The notes under the pieces were generated by a model, which searched no databases, was not told the origin of the DNA, and worked only from the letters and a program-made list of their open reading frames with translations. The position numbers were made by a program, and so were the translations under genes. DNA of 64,000 nt from Adineta vaga (taxonomy: Eukaryota > Animalia > Rotifera), in NCBI GenBank assembly GCA_021613535.1, contig CP075493.1:5022001-5086000 (forward strand), given 5' to 3'. Of the stretch, positions 25,795 to 39,500 are shown one piece after another (position 1 is the stretch's first letter; every line of letters begins with the position of its first letter).

Positions 25795-27436
25795 TTGAAA
25801 GATTTATTTTATCAGTTGGATAAAGAAATCTACATTTTCCATATAACATGATGTTTCGAATCTCGTTCGTGTGGAGTTAATAAGGATATGAAAATGGGAT
25901 GAGTTGGATGTTTTCTTCCTGTTTAGACTTAATATTTTTCTCTGAAAATCTGCTTATGCAACTCGATTGTAAAATATTGAACTTGACTAAAGATGAAGAA
26001 ACGCGTTATTCAAAGAAGAAAAAGAAGAAAAGAAAGCTGACGATCATTAATCGATTTCACTGAACGGAAGAAAAGAAGAGTTAATACGCATGTATTATTC
26101 GATCGATCTGATCATTTTTCATAGTCTTATCGGCACATACTCAAGTATTTTTTCTTCAAACGGCCCTCTCGATGTCGTTTATTTTCTGCTTGATCAGAAA
26201 CCTCTAATTAACTTGAACACAACTGAAAATTTATCTCGTTAACCAGGAGAGGTATTTTTGTTCTTCGTCATGCAATAATAACAAGTATCTTACTTCGGTC
26301 ATCGTCTTTCTTCTCTTTCAATCCAAAAAAAAACGAAGAAAAACGTCTCAAACACTTATTGCTCGTGTTTGCATGTTTTTATTTTGTCGACATAGACATG
26401 ATTAGCAAAGCAATTATTCGGAAAGGTTAAAAATCATCAATAACAAAGTTGAAAAATTCTTTTTTATATTTTTTTTAGCTTTAATCAATTATTTATAAAC
26501 ACATACCTTACTACTAATACATTGTTGTTGTTGTTTGTTCATGTTTGCTTGATTTATGGAAAATACAACTAGGTTATATTCCTAGAATGTCTTTATGTAA
26601 ATGAATTCTCACTGCATATATATATATATTAAAAAAAAGGAAAAAAGCAATATCATGAAGAGAACAAAAGAAGCAAAAAAAATACCCAAACAGGTAGTCA
26701 ACTAAATTACAATTGCTTCCACTTCCCTTTTGCGTGTGCTTTTCTACTATTAAGGTTTTCTTTCCCATAATATTGATAATAGTGCTAGTGAATTATAACA
26801 AATGAACACGTAGAAAGAGAAAATCAATGAGAGTCATTCGTTGAAACAATGAAATTTCTCTTTGGAATGCTGATGAACAGACGAATTGAAATATGTTTTA
26901 GTGTTTAGCATAAAATATCTGTATCCGTTAGCCGGAAATAGCATACTTCATTCCGTTCTCCCTGCTGAATTTTGTTTTAAGATAGAAAAAGAAATATAAC
27001 ATGCATAAAATTAATTATTATTCTCTTAGCATACTTGATCTAATCGGATAATATTGATCTTTATCAAAACAAAACAAAAAAAAATGTAATTCATTATCGA
27101 TGAATACTTTCATCAGCTGTAACATATCTGATTCTCTAGAAAACATGATTGAGTACTGTTTTTTTACTGATAAATATATATAGAATGTCAACAATCAATA
27201 TTTAATAAAACCAGGTCGTCCTTCTGCTCTTTATTAAACCACATTAATATCGATTATCTGAACAAAAGTATTTCAAGATAATTACATTTTTATTATCATA
27301 CACTCGATTAAGTGGTGTTTTTCAACTGATTTAAGGTGAATCAGTTCCTTGTGTTTATTGATTCATTTACATAGAAAATTCACCAGAAAAAAAAGTAACA
27401 ATTTTGTCTGTATATAAAAAACAATTGCATACACTA

Positions 27437-27720
27437 TTAACGAGCATCATAGACGATCAAACGTTTTGTTCGTTTTTTATACAATATTCGATAACCACAT
27501 TCAGTACCTAAACAAATGGTAGAAAAGAATCGTCAAATTTTGTTTTTGTAAAATAAAACTTCTTACATCGAATAACATCTGTTGATTTCAATTCATTATC
27601 TTTATGACATTCACCACACACATAAACCATTGTTTTTGTTTGTAATGAATTATTTGTTGTTGATGGTAATGTAGATGATGATGGTGTCATTGATGGATCA
27701 TGTATAGGAGTTTTATCCAT
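27437..27720 (-). CDS. POLR2K: RNA polymerase I/II/III subunit RPABC4 (Rpb12)
   Basis: [22 protein letters not shown]|[22 protein letters not shown]. Confidence 0.96.
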
Positions 27721-27834
27721 TTGAAAGATGATTTTATTTATCTACAAAGAGAAAAAAAACATTTTCTTGTGATCTTTTTTTATTATTCTTCTTTTTGTTT
27801 ATTTAAAACAAAGTAAAAACAAAATATTTCGTTT

Positions 27835-28302
27835 TTATTTATGAGCTTTGCGTTGGGCAAGAATGGCAGCTTGAAGTTCATCACGTTTCTTCTTTGCTCG
27901 TTGATGACTTCCTAACTAAAATTTGAAAAATGAATTCAATTTTTCAAACAAATCAATTCTCTTTCTACTTACACGTGCTTTAACGTATTTAAATGCACGT
28001 TTATCTCGTCCGACTTTCATCAATTCCATTGCACGTCGTTCATATGGCATAAAACCAACAAGTTCACGAACAAGATCACGAACGAATTTCACACGTTTAC
28101 TTTTTTTCTAGAAAAAACCAACAGAAAAAAACAGAAGTAGAATTTAAGAAATCATGACGAATGAAATTACTTGAGTACGTCGAGTTGGTCGAATACGTTT
28201 GGTAACAAATTTTTCTAATTTACGACCTTTATGAAGACCAGCTGCTATCTCATATTTTGGTGTAAATGGCTCCTTAGCCGTTTTTGGAGCTTCACTTGAC
28301 AT
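27835..28302 (-). CDS. RPL36: 60S ribosomal protein L36 (eL36), not in ORF track
   Basis: [10 protein letters not shown]...[52 protein letters not shown]. Confidence 0.96.
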
Positions 28303-28684
28303 GATTATGATCTAAAACGATATTTTATCAAGTCAATATTCACATTTCTAAAAACAAAATGTCTTTCTTCATCTGACCAACAAAATAAAACGACGAGATT
28401 TTTACTTATCCATATTTTATTCTATGGAATCGGATTGTTGATTTGAAATTTTAGAAATAAAAGATAATTATATTTATTCTAAAATAGAATAGAAATTTTG
28501 TGTTTTTAATGAAATATTTTATTTTAGTTTCATAAAGGTTGAAAAAGAATAGTTTTTTCATTGGTTAGATGTCGTGTTGTCATGGAAAGAGATGAATCAT
28601 TATTGAAAAATGATTGCTGAATATACATAGATATATTAAAATTTCGAATTCAAGGGTATAATTGAACTCTATATTTAGATAATC

Positions 28685-31600
28685 ATGCAATTGAATGATT
28701 TAGAACAAGAAGATGAAGAATTTCGAAATTTTCTTAAAGAAGTATGTCATTTCTTTCATTTCTGGATTTCTATTCACAATTAAATTAGGTAACATCTTCG
28801 AAAAAATCAAATGAAAATAAACAAGGACCATCTTCTAATGATGAACGTATGGCAATTAAACCTGAACCTGGTAAGATAGATTTCATCGGATAACATTGAA
28901 ACAAAAAAATTTTCCTATCAATATCAAGGATTTTGTTTGAAAACCAAACGAATTGGTGAAGAAATAAGTGAAGAAAAAGTGTTTATTAATGTTTGTACAT
29001 CAACACAAATCAATGCACCACGGGAAATAACCGAAGAAGAACTAATTGAAATTGTTAAATCCGAAGATCCAGGAAGATATCGTGTACCAATTAGTTTAGG
29101 TGAACCTATGGCTGATCTTGATAAACGTTAGTCAACATCATTTTCATTTGAAATCAACAGTAAAATCGATCATTTAGATGGACAAGGTTGTGTAATCTTT
29201 ACTGTTATTATTCATCCGAATTTCTATCATCGTGCACAATCCAGTCCAACATTTATGAACTTTTTACTGATGTTAATCTATGAAGGTTTAGAAAATAAAT
29301 ATCCTCAATTCAAACTTGATCCAAGTAAGTACACTCTTCTTTTGTTTGTTTGTTTCTTTTCTTCATTGGAAAGAAAACAACAACAATAATAATTGACATA
29401 CAAATCAGAAAACAAGACATACGCGAAAAAATTTAACAAAAAATGAACATCATATTCATGCATATATTTCGTTTGTGCATTAAATTAGGAAGAATACATC
29501 ATTTTATTTGTTTTTGTTTGCATGTTTGTGAGTATCACAAGAGATAAGTGAATGTGTCTGTTTTCGTAGCCATCGTTCTGTTCAGCTTTGAGTACTATCA
29601 CATGAGTATGCACAAAGAGAGAAAGAAAAACAAGATATCACACTGATGCTAAGAAAAATGAAATGAACGAATATGAAGAGATTCGGGAATAGTCATAGCA
29701 AAAGAAAAAAACACGTTTGGACGGATTTTGAAGAAAAAAAGAACATACAATTAATGCATATGAAGAAGAAAACCTACTCATTAATATCACTCATATCATC
29801 AACACTATTTTTCTCGTCATGATCTTCTTGATCAGATAAATGATTATTTAAACCATTGGATGTTAGAGATAATCCACATTGAAATTTTTGTATAGCAAGT
29901 TCTGTACGACGTTTTTCAATAGCAATACGTTCATTTTCACATTCATTAACAGCTAATTTAACATCGAGATTTTTTCGTTCGAGTATTAAACGTTCTTTGT
30001 CATAGATTAATCGTTGACTTGTTAATTCTAATGTACGTTTACGTTTCATTAAGGATTCATAACGAAGTGAATGTTGTTGTTGTTGTTGTTGTCCGTAAGA
30101 TTTCGTCGTATTTAGTATTGGAAGATTTCGAGATGTTTTCAAATATTTCCGTTGTTTATCTAATGTTCGTTTGGAAATTTGTCCATTATTGGAATGAATC
30201 ATTAATGCTGCATGTTGTTGTGATGGAAGAAATGACGAAAGTGATGTTGGTTGTAGACTTGTTGCTGGACTTGGAGAATTATCATCATTACCGATAAGAC
30301 TAGCGCTTTCATCACCTGGAGAATCGATTTGTCCATTAATACCGTTAACAAGATCTGATGAAGGAGAATCTGCTTTATCTGATAACTATAAAAAAGCAAC
30401 AAAGTAAGATTCTATTTAGTCATGTATTTAGATAATTGCTTTGATAATTAGTCGAAATAAATCCGGATGAAAAGATGTAATGTAGTGAGAGAGACTGATT
30501 ATCTAAGACCGGAATGAGACTTTAGACTTTCATTCCGGCCATGCTACTTTTTTTTCCTCCTTTCATACGTATCTCTCGGATCATTATTCTAGAAAATTTT
30601 ATATCTTAACCTTAGGTAATCAAATAGAACGAAAAGAATATGACTAATAATTTCGTCATTGTGGTGTAAGATATTATGATTAACATAACTCAGGACAAAC
30701 GAAAAGAAATTACTGTTAATATTTGATTATCACTAGCTAACCTGTTCATTATATGTGATTTCATGATTATTGCTATTTCCGTTATTTAGAGTTGATTGTA
30801 ATTGTAAAACTTGTTGATGATGCATTGCTGCAGCAGCAGCAACTACAGCAGCATGAGAAAAATGAGATGATGGTGTTGATGATATTGGTGCACGACATAT
30901 AGATAAAATTCGATTGTATAAAGTCATTTGTTTATTTGTAACGGGTGTTGTTGAACCAGCTAATTGTGCTGCACGATAAGCAGCTGCTTCACGTTTTGCT
31001 TCGCTTTGTAATTTTTTCCATTTACGTCGAACATCTTCAACTGTACGTTCAACTTGAGGATAAGTTGCATTTAAATTCTCGGTAATTCGTTTCCAAATTG
31101 CTTGTTTTTGTGCAATGACACTTTTCGATGCTTCACGTGAATGTAACAATTCTTTATATGTATCATATTGATCAATTATATTTAATACTTCATGATCAGT
31201 AAAATTCGGTTTCCGACGACGGCCAACATGAAAAGCATCGATCGATGAATAATCTGTTGGTTGATCGTTCATAGTTTTTTGTATGCCGATGGTTTTATAT
31301 GAAAGTGTAATGTGGATAAGGGATAAGGAGAATGGCTCGATCTGTAATAGAGAAAGAGAGGTCGTCTCGAATAACGAGTCATAAAAAAAAAGTAATCGTA
31401 AGAGAGTCTAAACCAAATACGACATAACGGTGCATCAAGCAGGTAGACACGACGTGTGTTGTTGCTAGGCACCGATATTCTCTTCTTCGTGTTCTTTCTG
31501 TCTTTACATTGTGCAAGTAACTGAGAACGAGAGTGTTGAGTGAGAGCTATACTCTTGGAGTGTCCCACTGTCACTACGTAGTCATAGTTTTATTCATATT

Positions 31601-33336
31601 ATTATTTCTCTTTTTCCTTTCTCCTTTTTTTCTTCTGCGACCTTATTTTGTGCGCGCGCCTCCTTAATCCAGATATATATTTAAATGCATTTTCGTCTCT
31701 TTCTTCATATACAACGTCGTCTTGTTTCTTTTTTTTTAAACTAAGAAAAGTAAAAAAAGAAGACGAAGAAGGAGAAGAAGAAGAAAAGTTTTTGGTGGAG
31801 TAGTGTCTAGTACCACTACTCTTACTTTCCGTACAAGAATAACAAACTCGATAAAAAGGAAAAATGAAGAAGATGATGATGATGATGATGAAAAAAAACG
31901 TAGGCATACGATGAGAACAGGAAACGATCATAGTCCTGCTCAGGAGGTCGTTCATGTGAACCATGTGGAATGAGCACTAACGATACTTCTTTCTTTCTTC
32001 CTCTTCTTTTTATTTTACTTTAAAAGTTCAAAATTTCTCGGTGCTTCATTGCCGTCGACTAGCAACGAACAAACGAACGAACGTCCTTTTATTTATTTTA
32101 ATCATTCAGACCTTTGTGCTATACATGGAAAATGTGATGTGTTTTTTTTTGACAAATGAATTGCTCAAGCCTTCTTTTTCCTTATAACGCTGCTATCGAT
32201 TATACCTAATGTTTGCTGCAGCACTCGGGTGTCTCTGTTCTCTTTTCTTAGGTGGTGTATGCATTGCGATCATTTTACTTCTTCTCACAATTCCATCTCT
32301 CATAATCTCAAGTCTATGTTGACATTAGGGAAATTACTTGCTTTTTAACGTACCTTGCAAACTGATCAATTGAATGTAATACTACGGGCTTGTTTAGTCA
32401 ACCGTAATGACTAGCTATGCTATGAAGAAGAAGAAGAAGAAGAAGAAGTCTATGACCGAGTTATATATGTCTCTGTTTACTTTTTTTCCCGTTGAATCTT
32501 AATCGAAAGTCATCGCCATTTTCTCTCCTTTCCCTTTCTTTTGAATTTTTTTAACCTAACGATAGAACAGCAAAAAATAAGTGTATTCTGTCATTTTACT
32601 ACCTTGGTTACAAACAGAAGACGATTAGTTAATCTAATATTTAATGATAAAATTTGAAAAAAAAAGATTCATGTCATTCAGATTGGAATAAATTGAAACA
32701 TCGAAAATTTATGGGACAATTAACTGAACAATATATTCGAGTTCGTGCTAAACCATTTATAGTTGAAGTTGATCAATCAACGAATACAATTGAACAAAAA
32801 ATGTTTGTCAAAATGAGAATACTTTCTTCAATGTACTTATTGATATGTATGTTTTAGTGAGACAACTGCAACTGTTGAAAAAGGGTGTGTTACATAAGAA
32901 ATGATATATATATATATATATAAAATATTCTTTTGTATAAGTGTAGTTCTATACCTGAATTTAAAATCATACGTGAACCACTTGAAGGTGATCCTGAGTT
33001 TTTAATAATGGATATTCAATTACCAAAAGTTGTATGTTTTCTTTGATGATAAAACTAAAACAATCATTTTAAAAGAATTATTTTTTCTTAGAAATCTGCT
33101 AAAACATTAACACTTGACATTGGAACTGATCGTGTTGTACTATCAACCCGTTCCAATGTTTATCATTTAGATATATGGTTACCTATGGATATTGATTCCG
33201 ATGAATCTGGTGCACAATTTGATAAAGCAACACATGTGAGATTTTCTGTTCCTTATTATTTCTTTGTTTGATTGTATCATTCTTTAAATTCTAGACATTA
33301 ACAATAACAATGCCAGTTCTACATGATACAATCTAG
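28685..33336 (+). CDS. PIH1D1: PIH1-domain protein (R2TP subunit-like) with a 3357-nt intron at 29325-32681
   Basis: IKPEPGFCLKT...KVFINVC...YRVPISLGEP...DK.GQGC...EGLENKY...|WNKLKHRKFMG; C-terminal CS domain LPKVKSA...LDIWLP...AQFDK...LTITMPV. Confidence 0.9.
29774..31272 (-). CDS. Myb/SANT-like (trihelix) DNA-binding protein with C-terminal coiled coil, nested in the PIH1D1 intron
   Basis: RKPNFTDHEVLNII...KQAIWKRITENLNA...RTVEDVRRKWKKL; two exons; coiled coil LIYDKERLILERKNL. Confidence 0.88.
32424..32448 (+). repeat. (GAA)n microsatellite
   Basis: About 8 GAA units. Confidence 0.8.
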
Positions 33337-34445
33337 GATATTTTGTTGATCTTTTGATGTAGTTCGATCTATTGTAGATAAGGAACGAATGTTGTAAGAA
33401 TATGAATAAAATTGTGTATTCCTAAAGATCTACAATGACATCTATTCAATCGATTTTCTATAAATATTCAAATCTATCATATAAATTTAGTCCGATAATT
33501 TTCTATAGAACTAAATGATCACAATTATATATTAATTCAATTTATATTAATCAATAATTTCAAGCAAGCGTAAAAAATGAAATTCATATTTTCAGAAAGA
33601 TACAAAAATTCAATTATAATTTTAGAAATCTTCAACAAAATCCACATATTTCGAGATTTCATATGATCAGAAATCATATTTTGAAATAAATAAAACTGCT
33701 CATACTATGAATGCATCAACAAAATCAAAGAAAGTACCTCGTATTTCAATACAACCAAATCGTGCTAATTTGATTAGTAATCGAAAGAGAATAAAGCACT
33801 AACTCGCATCATCTTTCAAATTTCATGTTAGCAATTGAAGAAGACAGAAAGTATCATTCATGCGATAGATGAAATGCTGATCAACGTAAGAAAAAAACGT
33901 ATCAATTTATCGATGTTACAGTGAAATGCATAACTAGCTAAGCTTAATATGATTTAATCAATATCATCTAATAATAAACATCCAATTGATCTTTCGTGTT
34001 CAACGATCGAAAAAATTAGTTGCTTCAGCTCATCCGATGGTGAAAAATCCCTTGAGAATTTTCCGAAACAAAATCTATTGAATTTATAATAAAAAAGAAA
34101 GAACTGTTGGAAGCACTGATGATGAGTTCTATATACTCTTTCTCTGCTCTCTCGTCAACTATCTCACTAACGACATCTCTGTTCAATGTCAAACGCGAGA
34201 GTTTTTTCTTTTCATTTGAGGATTGGCTTCTAATCATGAACATGGCTGAAAAATATATATATATAGGAAGGAAAGGAACAAAATTCTGTTATGTTAAAAA
34301 AAAGGAGCATATAGCACACATTCTCCCTATAATCAAATCAATAAGCTAGAAAACAAAAACAAGATCTTCGTCTTCGTCTTTTTTCTTTAGATATGATCTA
34401 CATATGTATTGATTATAATTCACGTTTGAACTCATCATTAAGTGA

Positions 34446-35938
34446 ATGCTTATCTATTTACAAACGATTACGTGTGATGCTTTGCACTTGTTGTTGCTTG
34501 TCTCCTCTGTGAGTATTTGCATAACAAAAGCAACATCAATTATATCATCTTCCAATAATGATAATAGCAATCGAATACGTTCACCTGATGAATGTAAGTT
34601 CCATTTCGACAACAAGTTCATAGAATGAGTTTTGTTTTCTTCAATAGATGTCATGACTTCAGCATCAATCGATGGAATACGACGTTCAAATGTTTGTGGA
34701 GATGGTTATCGAATTGAAGGAGCATTGCTGAGATCATATTCATACTCAAAAAGTGGAACATATTTACCTTACGAAGATTGTTATATGACATTTAAAGTAT
34801 TTTGTTTTGCTTTTTTCTTTCTCTATGAAAAAAAAGAATCATTGGTTATTTATAGGCTCGTCGACCAAATAATCAAATACGTGTTCGATTCTTAGAACTC
34901 GAGCTCAATGATATCCATGGCGGCGTGAATTGTTTAGATTCACTTCGTTTCTATAAATCTGCTTATATAAATCGACAAGATCGTCTTGTTCGTGAATATT
35001 TTCGAGAAATTCTCATTTTTAGTTTTAATTTATTTTTTATTTTCAAGGATATCGTTGAATGTGGACAATTAACAGGTGGAGAAAATATAAATGTTGTTTC
35101 ACCAAGTGGTATTGTTACCGCCCATTTTTCGTACGTAAAATTCATTGAAAAATCATTCAAATCGATTTCATTCATTGATCAATAGAACGGATGGTGGAAA
35201 TGTGAATGGTGGTGGTTTTAAAGTTGTTCTTACAGCCTTTCGTTTTCGTAAGATTTTGAAATAATCTCGAATTCCAATATAATGCTTGTTTGTTTTAGCC
35301 AATAAAACAAATCCATGTGATGAAATAAATGATGAATTTCTCTGCAATAATCAAGAATGTATTAGTAATTTACTTTTATGTGACGGTAAGAATTCTTTTC
35401 TTTTGGAATATTATATAAATTCATTATTGAATTTTTGCTCTAGGCATACATCATTGTCTCGATGGTTCTGATGAAGCGCCATATCGTTTATGTACTTCAA
35501 GTAATGGAAATCTTGGATAGAAATTTGTTTTTAAAAGTGAAACTTGTTTTTGTTAGATGCTGCTGAATCGCCAAATAGTCGAAATACAGAACCGATTAAT
35601 CGTTCAAGTACATCTAAACCTCAACATTGGCGTGGCATTCTGATAGCTGCATTTCTTCTTATTATCTTAAGTGTATTTATACTTTTCATGGTTTATTTTG
35701 TTTGTCGTCGTTTTGTTCGTTCACCAGTGCCCTTAATTAAAAGTGAAAGAAAGAATTATGCAACTATATTGAACTCACGTATGTATCAACAAAGATTTGT
35801 TTATTTTTTATCTGTGTTTTTTTCTAATTTTCAGCAAAAAATGGTCCAAGAACAACAACAACAACAACAACACAAATAGTGATTGAAAATAATAAACCAA
35901 GTGGAAAACGTCTCGATGATGATTATAGTTTATTATAA
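34446..35938 (+). CDS. CUB-LDLa type-I membrane protein
   Basis: Signal peptide; CUB (Y.PYEDCYMTF...CLDSL...FSTDG...GGFKVVLTAF); LDLa (EFLCNNQECISNLLLCDGIHHCLDGSDE); TM helix; tail ending DDDYSLL*. Confidence 0.88.
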
Positions 35939-36548
35939 AATCAAATAATTCCATACCTTATTCTAGTCATATTTCATATTTCTATGTTATCATTACATAT
36001 CGTCGAACTTGTCAGTTTTCTTTCGTTATATATATGTATATAACATTTGTAACAGTGATATTTCTTAAAAGTTAGTCATAGATGTCTTTATGTCTAGTCA
36101 GTTGGAAGTATATTATAATAAAAAAAAGACCAAACTCATATTGAATTCTTTAAAAATTAATCTTTTCATATTATGCAACAAAATAGTTTGTTAATAAGAT
36201 TTCATCGAAAATAGTATGTGTTTATATATATGTATATATATATATGAATTGTTCATCCAAATAAGAAAAAAGATTCATCTTTGTGCTAATGTTCAAAAAA
36301 ATCGCAACAAAAATAAGACGAAAAAAATGAATGGAATAAAAAAAACTCACCACATGTAACTATCATATATACAGAAAGATTTGCTGTTAAACTCGAAACA
36401 CCTGAACCTGAGATTAGAAACGATGATGAAAAAAATCTGTCATAGTACGCATCAGAAATAAGAAGAAAACTCGAAAGAAATATCACATACACATACACAC
36501 ATCACCGGTTGTTCAATCGTACATAGAAACGAAATAGAATGTGAGAAA

Positions 36549-39500
36549 TCAAACATAATTCTCTCGACCTGTTGATAATTTATGTTGATTTGTATGTTCA
36601 AAATATTTGGTTTTATCACGTACGGATAATGAATAATCTGAAGAAAATGGATTGCTTGTAGTAGAATCAAATGAATGAGATTTCATTGATTGCGGTGATG
36701 GTGTTGCACGTCGTTCAATTGATTGATAACGTGAAATACTTGTTGGATTATGATTTATAATAACTGGTTCAGATATACGTGATTGTCGTTCTTGTTCATT
36801 TGTTTTATATCGAAGAGTATTTTGTCGATGACATGAATGATTTTTATCATTGGAAAAAGTTGAATCATTAATTGGTTTCATTTGAATTGCTTCTCCAAGT
36901 GTAAATAAACGTGAATTAGAATGATGAATAAATGTTCGTCCACGTTCTGTTCGAGATTTAACTTGGAGCATATTTACTTGTTCGGCATGTGTATTTGTTT
37001 GTGATATTAGATGAATTTTATTTGTTGTTAATGACAATGGACTATTATATCGGGATCGACTATCACCAATAATTGGTTGTTGATGATTTAAAATCGTAGG
37101 AGATGTTTGACTTAAAGATATATCAGATCTTTTCATTATAGGAATTGATGTAAATGATGTCGAACGAGATGCGAGTGACATGGTAGAATTTGATAATCGT
37201 TGATTGAGTGTACTTAACGTTTCAGTTGTTAAATCTAAATCTTGTTGTTCAGAAAGTGGTGATCTATTGAAAAAAAACAATTAATGTGATTCTGTTTTCT
37301 CTATCTATAAATTGTAAAGCACTGAGTTAGATGAATTTATATGAGCGACCATCCCTTACATACCATTAATAGATTAAAACTATTTACAATCTGTAAAATA
37401 AAAGTCTAGAGTAATCGAAGAAAATAATCACTTCTCTAATCAAAACTCAATTCTAAATCTCATCTATTAGTTTGATCAATAGGAATAGAATAGAATAAAA
37501 TAGAATAACGAACCTTGTTGATATATATTCATCTTCGATATTTGTTTTTAATTGTCGTTCATTTGTTATTGAAGTTTTCTTATGAAGATTTTGTTTCTTT
37601 TGTTCATCATCATCATCAGCATCTTCATCGGATAGATGATGAAATTGTTTTAATGATGAAGTTCGTTTAACATCCTCTGTTATCGTTGAACGTCGAGATT
37701 CTTTCGTTAATTGTTTTGGTTGCTGTTTATGCTCACCACTACCTAACGATGAATGCCGAGATAATGATTTAGAACGTTTGACTTTTCCAACTGTAATATT
37801 GTGAATAGTTGTGGCTGATGAACGCATACTAGAATTATTATCTGATTCATCTGTTCCATTACTTGTTAATTTTTCTCGTTGTAAAAATTGTTTCGATGGT
37901 TTATAATTATTCTTCGAACTTCGACGACGTGCCACAGATAATGTTGTCATAGTTGAATTGGAATTATTTGTTACGATACTTGTTAAAACAATACCTCTTC
38001 CACATGCTATTGAAGTTGTCCAATCAGGTACTTGAACTGGTAATGGAGTTGTAATACGTCGAAAATGTTCACTCATTTCTGAACTATCATCATTGAAGGG
38101 TGGATCCGATGCAGCTAACCAGAATCATGTGATCGACTAACAAGTGGTAGATGTGGTGATGATTCAACTTCATCAAGACTTTCAATTGAAGATGCAGTTG
38201 GACGATCTAAACATATGAATTTATCATATTGACAAATGATATCTATTCTCTTCATACTTAAATTGGAAATTTCATGAATAAGAATACGTTTATCTGGAAT
38301 ACAAGTTAGAATATCTGAACCAAATAATGTTGAACAATTTTCTATTAAAAATTCCACAATAGATGACATTACATCTGCTTCTTGTTTTCCTGATCTAATT
38401 GTTGTTGTTTCTGTTTTAAATAAACTATTTGATACACATAAACCTAAATTAAATGGATTCATTCCATTTGTATGAGCATGTTCAGCTATTCGATGAAGTG
38501 TACATATGAAACCTTTCAGTAACAAATGATTAGCTTCGGGTAAAGTCGATAGAATACTTGAAGAAACGAAAAGAGAATCTATGAAAAAAATCTCAAATTT
38601 CGAAAGATAGATTTACCTTTTTCGAGCAAACGAAATCTTTTCAAGTAGTGTTAAAAGTCGAAGACATCTTTTAAAATTATCATATTGAATTGAAGTAAAC
38701 AATGGCTCAGGTAACATCCGTAGAAAATGCTAGATGAAAACGTACTATATTTAACCAAGTCTTTTTTTCTCGTAGATAACTTACTTTAAAAACACCAGCA
38801 GCTAAGATTGGATGTAGATCATCATCTGGTATGGGTATATTTCGTTCGATCTTCTCAATACACTCTTTAACTGATCGTGCATTTGCTACTTTACGAAATA
38901 TTCCGGTTGTATCTGGTCCTTTGAAATACAAAATTTCAAGTAATTGCTAGAAATAATCAAATAAAATTTCCTTTTGCTAATAAAAAGTTGTGTACCATGA
39001 TAATAGGTGGTAATTGATGATTGTATCTTAATATAAGTTCATCAAGTGTTCGACCAAAGAAAAAATAATAAGTTTTCATTTGATTTGGTGAACTAAGATA
39101 TGGAGTCGAAGATGAAAGATATCCATCGGTTAATTGTTGTTGAGTTTTTGTTTTTCTCTTATGAAAAAAACGATATTTCCTCGAAGGATTATCTAGAAAG
39201 AAAGAAAAAAAAGAAGCATTTTCATTTTTGAGAAATTTCTTTTACCTGCAAGAATATCACGTTTACGTAATTCGAAATCATGATAATTCGTTGTTGAAAC
39301 ATTATTTAAACTTGATGTTGAACTATGTTGATTGATAGGATAGGTTAAAGACTCATCTCCTTCAAATGATCGTTGATTTGGAAGTACTGGATTTGTTGTT
39401 TTCAAGTGTTTCATTTTAATTGAATAAGGATGTTCATGACCTAAGAAAACAAGAAGAAGTTCTCTCATAAACATATCTTCTTCTTCTTTGTGAATACGAT

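Noticed and set aside
32055-32085. TTTGTTCGTT on the minus strand resembling miR-375
   Set aside because: It is part of an (AACG)n-like repeat with no complementary precursor arm.
33625-33802. 58-codon open frame after a TTTTAG acceptor downstream of PIH1D1
   Set aside because: No recognisable homology or partner exon; plausible by chance.
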